A stretch of 64,000 bases of DNA, from NCBI GenBank assembly GCA_963726255.1, contig CAVSBL010000002.1, positions 768,001 through 832,000 on the forward strand, given 5' to 3'. Positions 61,060 to 64,000 of the stretch are shown here, piece by piece (positions within the stretch are counted from its first letter, which is position 1; the number at the start of each line of letters is the position of its first letter). The notes under the pieces are model-generated. The model was given only the letters and a program-made list of their open reading frames with translations. It ran no database searches and was not told the origin of the DNA. The translations under genes and the position numbers were made by a program. This DNA comes from Candidatus Bathyarchaeota archaeon. Its GTDB lineage: Archaea > Thermoproteota > Bathyarchaeia > 40CM-2-53-6.

Positions 61060-61076
61060 TTTTTCTCCGTTTCTTT
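61060..61076 (+). terminator. T-rich terminator after gdhA
   Basis: TTTTTCTCCGTTTCTTT 16 nt after the stop. Confidence 0.5.
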
Positions 61077-61115
61077 AACCTCCCACCAATTTCATCCACG
61101 CACGGAGGGATTTTC

Positions 61116-61502
61116 CTGAAGATTCTCCACACATGCCTAAATGTATCCGACCTTGACAGGTCGATTGGGTTCTACACGCGGTTCATCGGCCTCAAATTCG
61201 TTAGCCGCCGGGAGGTCAAACAAAACAACGCCGAAATCGCTTTCCTGCAGGACGAAAGCGGCGCGGCCATAGAACTCACACACTGGAGGGACAAGAAGAA
61301 CTTGGTCGAAGGCGACAATTTCGACCACATAGCCTTCGCCGTGAAGGATATCGGAGCCGCCGTGGACGAACTCAAAGGGAACGGCGTAACCATTGCAATG
61401 GAACCTTTTTCGCTGGGTGGGTCGTCTTCGAAAATTGCCTTCATCAAAGATCCGGATGGCAACTGGCTCGAACTAATCGAGCATGCAAGCAACTCGAATT
61501 GA
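61116..61502 (+). CDS. VOC/glyoxalase family protein (lactoylglutathione lyase-like), CTG start
   Basis: (M)KILHTCLNVSDLDRSIGFY...IELT...DHIAF...FIKDPDGNWLELIE; GGAGG 7 nt upstream of CTG; the ORF track only captures the second half. Confidence 0.88.
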   Translation: MKILHTCLNVSDLDRSIGFYTRFIGLKFVSRREVKQNNAEIAFLQDESGAAIELTHWRDKKNLVEGDNFDHIAFAVKDIGAAVDELKGNGVTIAMEPFSLGGSSSKIAFIKDPDGNWLELIEHASNSN

Positions 61503-61553
61503 GCTCAAGCTAAGCAATACGAAGAACATGTCCGAGCTTCGCAGAATACGCAA

Positions 61554-61658
61554 CTACTCTTTGTGTCGGTAGGCTGCAGGGTTCACGGTGGAACCGCACC
61601 AGTTACAGGCATCCTGGTCGGTCAGAAACCCGCAATTGTCGCAGACTTGGAGGCTCAT
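61554..61658 (-). CDS. 34-aa zinc-ribbon micro-protein
   Basis: MSLQVCDNCGFLTDQDACNWCGSTVNPAAYRHKE*; AAAAGTCTTAAAT (BRE/TATA-like) ~27 nt upstream. Confidence 0.65.
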   Translation of the reverse strand: MSLQVCDNCGFLTDQDACNWCGSTVNPAAYRHKE

Positions 61659-61848
61659 GAGAAAGATATTTTCTTTCCAGCTCGCATTTAAGACTTTTGC
61701 CCGCCGAAACCATTCGGGATCCTTTGCGAAAAAAAGGGCCTCCTTTTCAGGGAGCGCACAATTTCATGCGCATGATATGGACATCGCTTTCTCCACACCG
61801 GTTACACCTGACTTCAGTCAAGTTGGCCTGGACCTCGTTTCTCCTTTC

Positions 61849-62661
61849 TTATGCATTTGACTTATCGTTGACGGTTGGGGTGGAGGCTGGGGGCACCGCC
61901 TTTTGGGCGAAGGTCATGTAGCCCGTATGGCCTACCATGATTGTCGCAGGCCTAGTCTTGCCTACATCCGCCCTTATCTCGCGTATGAAACACTCCACGG
62001 TCTGAATATTCACGAAATCACCTTGCCTGAAGGCTACAGTTGTCTTCTCGACTTGGTTGACCGTCGGGCTGAAGGATACGACCGGTGCGCCTCCCGCAAG
62101 AGCCCTGTGGATTAATGGAATCAGTGGCCAAGGGTTTCCCACGTCCATTATGGCTGCATCGAAGTCTGACCCTTCGATCCCTGCGGCAGCATCTGCATTA
62201 TGGATTGTAACGTACTCTCGCACAGCGGCCCGCCTGAGATTCCGTTCAGCCATCTCTGCGAATTCAGCCCTCACCTCATAGGTGTGTACATGGCCTCCAG
62301 GTTTGACTGCCAGCGCCGCGGCAAGTGTCATGGCACCGCTACCCGTTCCAATTTCTAGAACCTTCAAGCCGGACGAGAGCGCCAGCTTGAGAATAACTAG
62401 GCCGATGTCCTTCGGATACATTATCTGGGTTTTCCTTACACTGTGCATTATCAAATCGTGGGTCGTGGGCCTCAGGGCCCAGAAGGTATTCCCGAGTGAA
62501 CTCTTCACTTCGCTTCCATATGGCTGCCCGATGAGGTCGGCAAGGGCGATGAACCCCTTATGCGTGTGGAATTGCCGGGCTTTTTCAATTCGTATGAGCC
62601 ATTGACGCCTTACGTCAAAGTGGAGAAGCACCAATGAGCCTTCTGTAATCATGTTGTCCAA
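61849..62661 (-). CDS. trmI: tRNA (adenine-N1)-methyltransferase
   Basis: FHTHKG, RKTQIMYPKD, EIGTGSGAMT, D..NPW, FSPTVNQV, TRP...VGHTGY. Confidence 0.95.
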   Translation of the reverse strand: MDNMITEGSLVLLHFDVRRQWLIRIEKARQFHTHKGFIALADLIGQPYGSEVKSSLGNTFWALRPTTHDLIMHSVRKTQIMYPKDIGLVILKLALSSGLKVLEIGTGSGAMTLAAALAVKPGGHVHTYEVRAEFAEMAERNLRRAAVREYVTIHNADAAAGIEGSDFDAAIMDVGNPWPLIPLIHRALAGGAPVVSFSPTVNQVEKTTVAFRQGDFVNIQTVECFIREIRADVGKTRPATIMVGHTGYMTFAQKAVPPASTPTVNDKSNA

Positions 62662-62671
62662 CGGCGTGAGA

Positions 62672-63121
62672 TCAACTCCAAGCCATCAATTGCTGAAACT
62701 TATGTGCCAAACGTTTGCCCGGTCGCACGGGAACGAAACCTACGCGAAAAGACGTTGGATCCCCGTCCCAAGTAATGGATACACTAACAAACAATCCACG
62801 GAAGAAGGTGGGAACAGAGCAGAGGACTGTAACTAAGAGCGCGGTCGAGCTCACTACCTGTGCATTTTCAGGCGAGAGGTTGACCAAGAACCAAATTGCG
62901 TTGTATCTCCCCATAACCGCCGCTATTGCGGAGAGTAACGCAATCGTGGCGAATGGAACTATGCTCTTACGTTCAACGACCACTGACCTTATTCTCTCGA
63001 TGGGGAGCTGGTAGGATTTGGAGATGCCCCATTCCTTGCTGACGATGACCATTCGGTCATTGTAGAGTTTGATGGAACCGACCAAGCCGCTGCAGTTGAA
63101 AGGTTCTTCGACTGCGGGCAA
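62672..63121 (-). CDS. Hypothetical membrane protein
   Basis: 149 aa, two TM segments, co-oriented between the HAD gene and trmI. Confidence 0.65.
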   Translation of the reverse strand: MPAVEEPFNCSGLVGSIKLYNDRMVIVSKEWGISKSYQLPIERIRSVVVERKSIVPFATIALLSAIAAVMGRYNAIWFLVNLSPENAQVVSSTALLVTVLCSVPTFFRGLFVSVSITWDGDPTSFRVGFVPVRPGKRLAHKFQQLMAWS

Positions 63122-63170
63122 TGGCAGTATCCTCGATGCTCCTGTAAGGCGTAGTCGTTTACTGCACTTG

Positions 63171-63812
63171 CTAGATAAGGTATTGAAGGATTCTGGTTAA
63201 GTCATCGTCCGACACAACAAAATCAGCTTCGCGCCTTGCGATCTCGTCTTTTGGGTTGAAGGCTATTTTCAAGCATTCCGCGTGGGCGAGGTCAAACGCC
63301 CTGTCCCCCACGAGAGCGACCTCCTTTAGAGGAATCTTGAATTTAGCGGCGACTTGCTCAATTACTTCTTTCTTGTTGTTCACCGCGACCTTCACTGCAA
63401 TTCCACCAGTTAACCGCCCATCGTTGGTCTCGAGTTCGTTCGAAAAAGAGGCGTCCGCCCCGAGCTCGGTCGCGACACGATTTGTCAAGAGCGACAGGCC
63501 CGCGCTCACTATCGCGGTCTTGACTCGCAGTCGCTTAAGTTCTTCGAAAACTTCTCTTGCTCCTTGTTGGTATGGTATTCGTTCAAGGATCTTCATGACG
63601 TCGGGCAACGATGCGCCCGCCCAGTATGCTGCATCAGTTTCAGCCCACTCCTTGTACGAGATCTCACGGCGCCTGTACTTGGTAGCAGCGACTCTCGCAC
63701 GGTCCCATGTCCCGAAAGCGTCGTGCAAATACCGCCACAAACTGTCAACCGGCGTCAGGGTGCCGTCTAGGTCGAAGATGACTAGCCGAATATTCCGCTT
63801 CAACCCGTTCAA
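63171..63812 (-). CDS. HAD-IB phosphatase (phosphoserine phosphatase-like)
   Basis: FDLDGTL, IVSAG, NELE, K, VGD..FD, AFNP. Confidence 0.88.
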   Translation of the reverse strand: MNGLKRNIRLVIFDLDGTLTPVDSLWRYLHDAFGTWDRARVAATKYRRREISYKEWAETDAAYWAGASLPDVMKILERIPYQQGAREVFEELKRLRVKTAIVSAGLSLLTNRVATELGADASFSNELETNDGRLTGGIAVKVAVNNKKEVIEQVAAKFKIPLKEVALVGDRAFDLAHAECLKIAFNPKDEIARREADFVVSDDDLTRILQYLI

Positions 63813-64000
63813 CTGGCCTCATGAAGTATCTTTGAAATCTCAAGGATGACAGGCGCCGGTGTCCAAAAGGAGAATGCCTTCACATACCGCAACGTAGCGG
63901 CCTGCCTCAATTCGGTTGCCTGGCCTTTGAGCAAATATCCTTCCGTGAAAGCTTCAACCATTCGGCTAAGCCCGCGAGTCGGTGAAGTGCTGGCACTGTA
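63809..64000 (-). CDS. 3' end of a gene entering from the right edge (partial, unknown function)
   Basis: Open frame YSASTS...MVEAFTEGYL...YVKAFSFWT...LHEAS*, whose TGA overlaps the HAD TTG start. Confidence 0.6.
   Translation of the reverse strand, partial: YSASTSPTRGLSRMVEAFTEGYLLKGQATELRQAATLRYVKAFSFWTPAPVILEISKILHEAS

Overview
Archaeal chromosomal segment, most consistent with Bathyarchaeia or another TACK lineage. This is inferred from cofE, an archaeal HMG-CoA synthase, trmI, DUF2116, frequent TTG starts, TATA boxes and oligo-T terminators. About 0.1-47 kb is a large surface-glycosylation island. It holds 2 flippases, 11 GT2/GT4 glycosyltransferases, 3 tandem GT-C membrane proteins, 6 SAM methyltransferases, UDP-sulfoquinovose synthase, a WbpB/D/E/I-like diamino-uronate block, a WbuX-HisH-HisF amidotransferase trio, a FemAB-like GNAT, AsnB and NadE. 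Six precursor-synthesis or modification genes in the island are disrupted (four homopolymer frameshifts, a nonsense codon plus frameshift, and a missing start codon), while the transferases look intact. About 47-64 kb holds an HMG-CoA synthase-DUF35 fusion, SWIB-like and p24/GOLD-like proteins, an uncharacterised nucleotidyltransferase + metallophosphoesterase pair between transporters, several unannotated micro-proteins, gdhA, a VOC enzyme, trmI and a HAD phosphatase. The left edge shows a displaced, diverged duplicate of the cofE 3' end around a methyltransferase gene. I found no rRNA, tRNA, CRISPR array, transposase or integrase. All family calls come from motif recognition by eye, not database searches.
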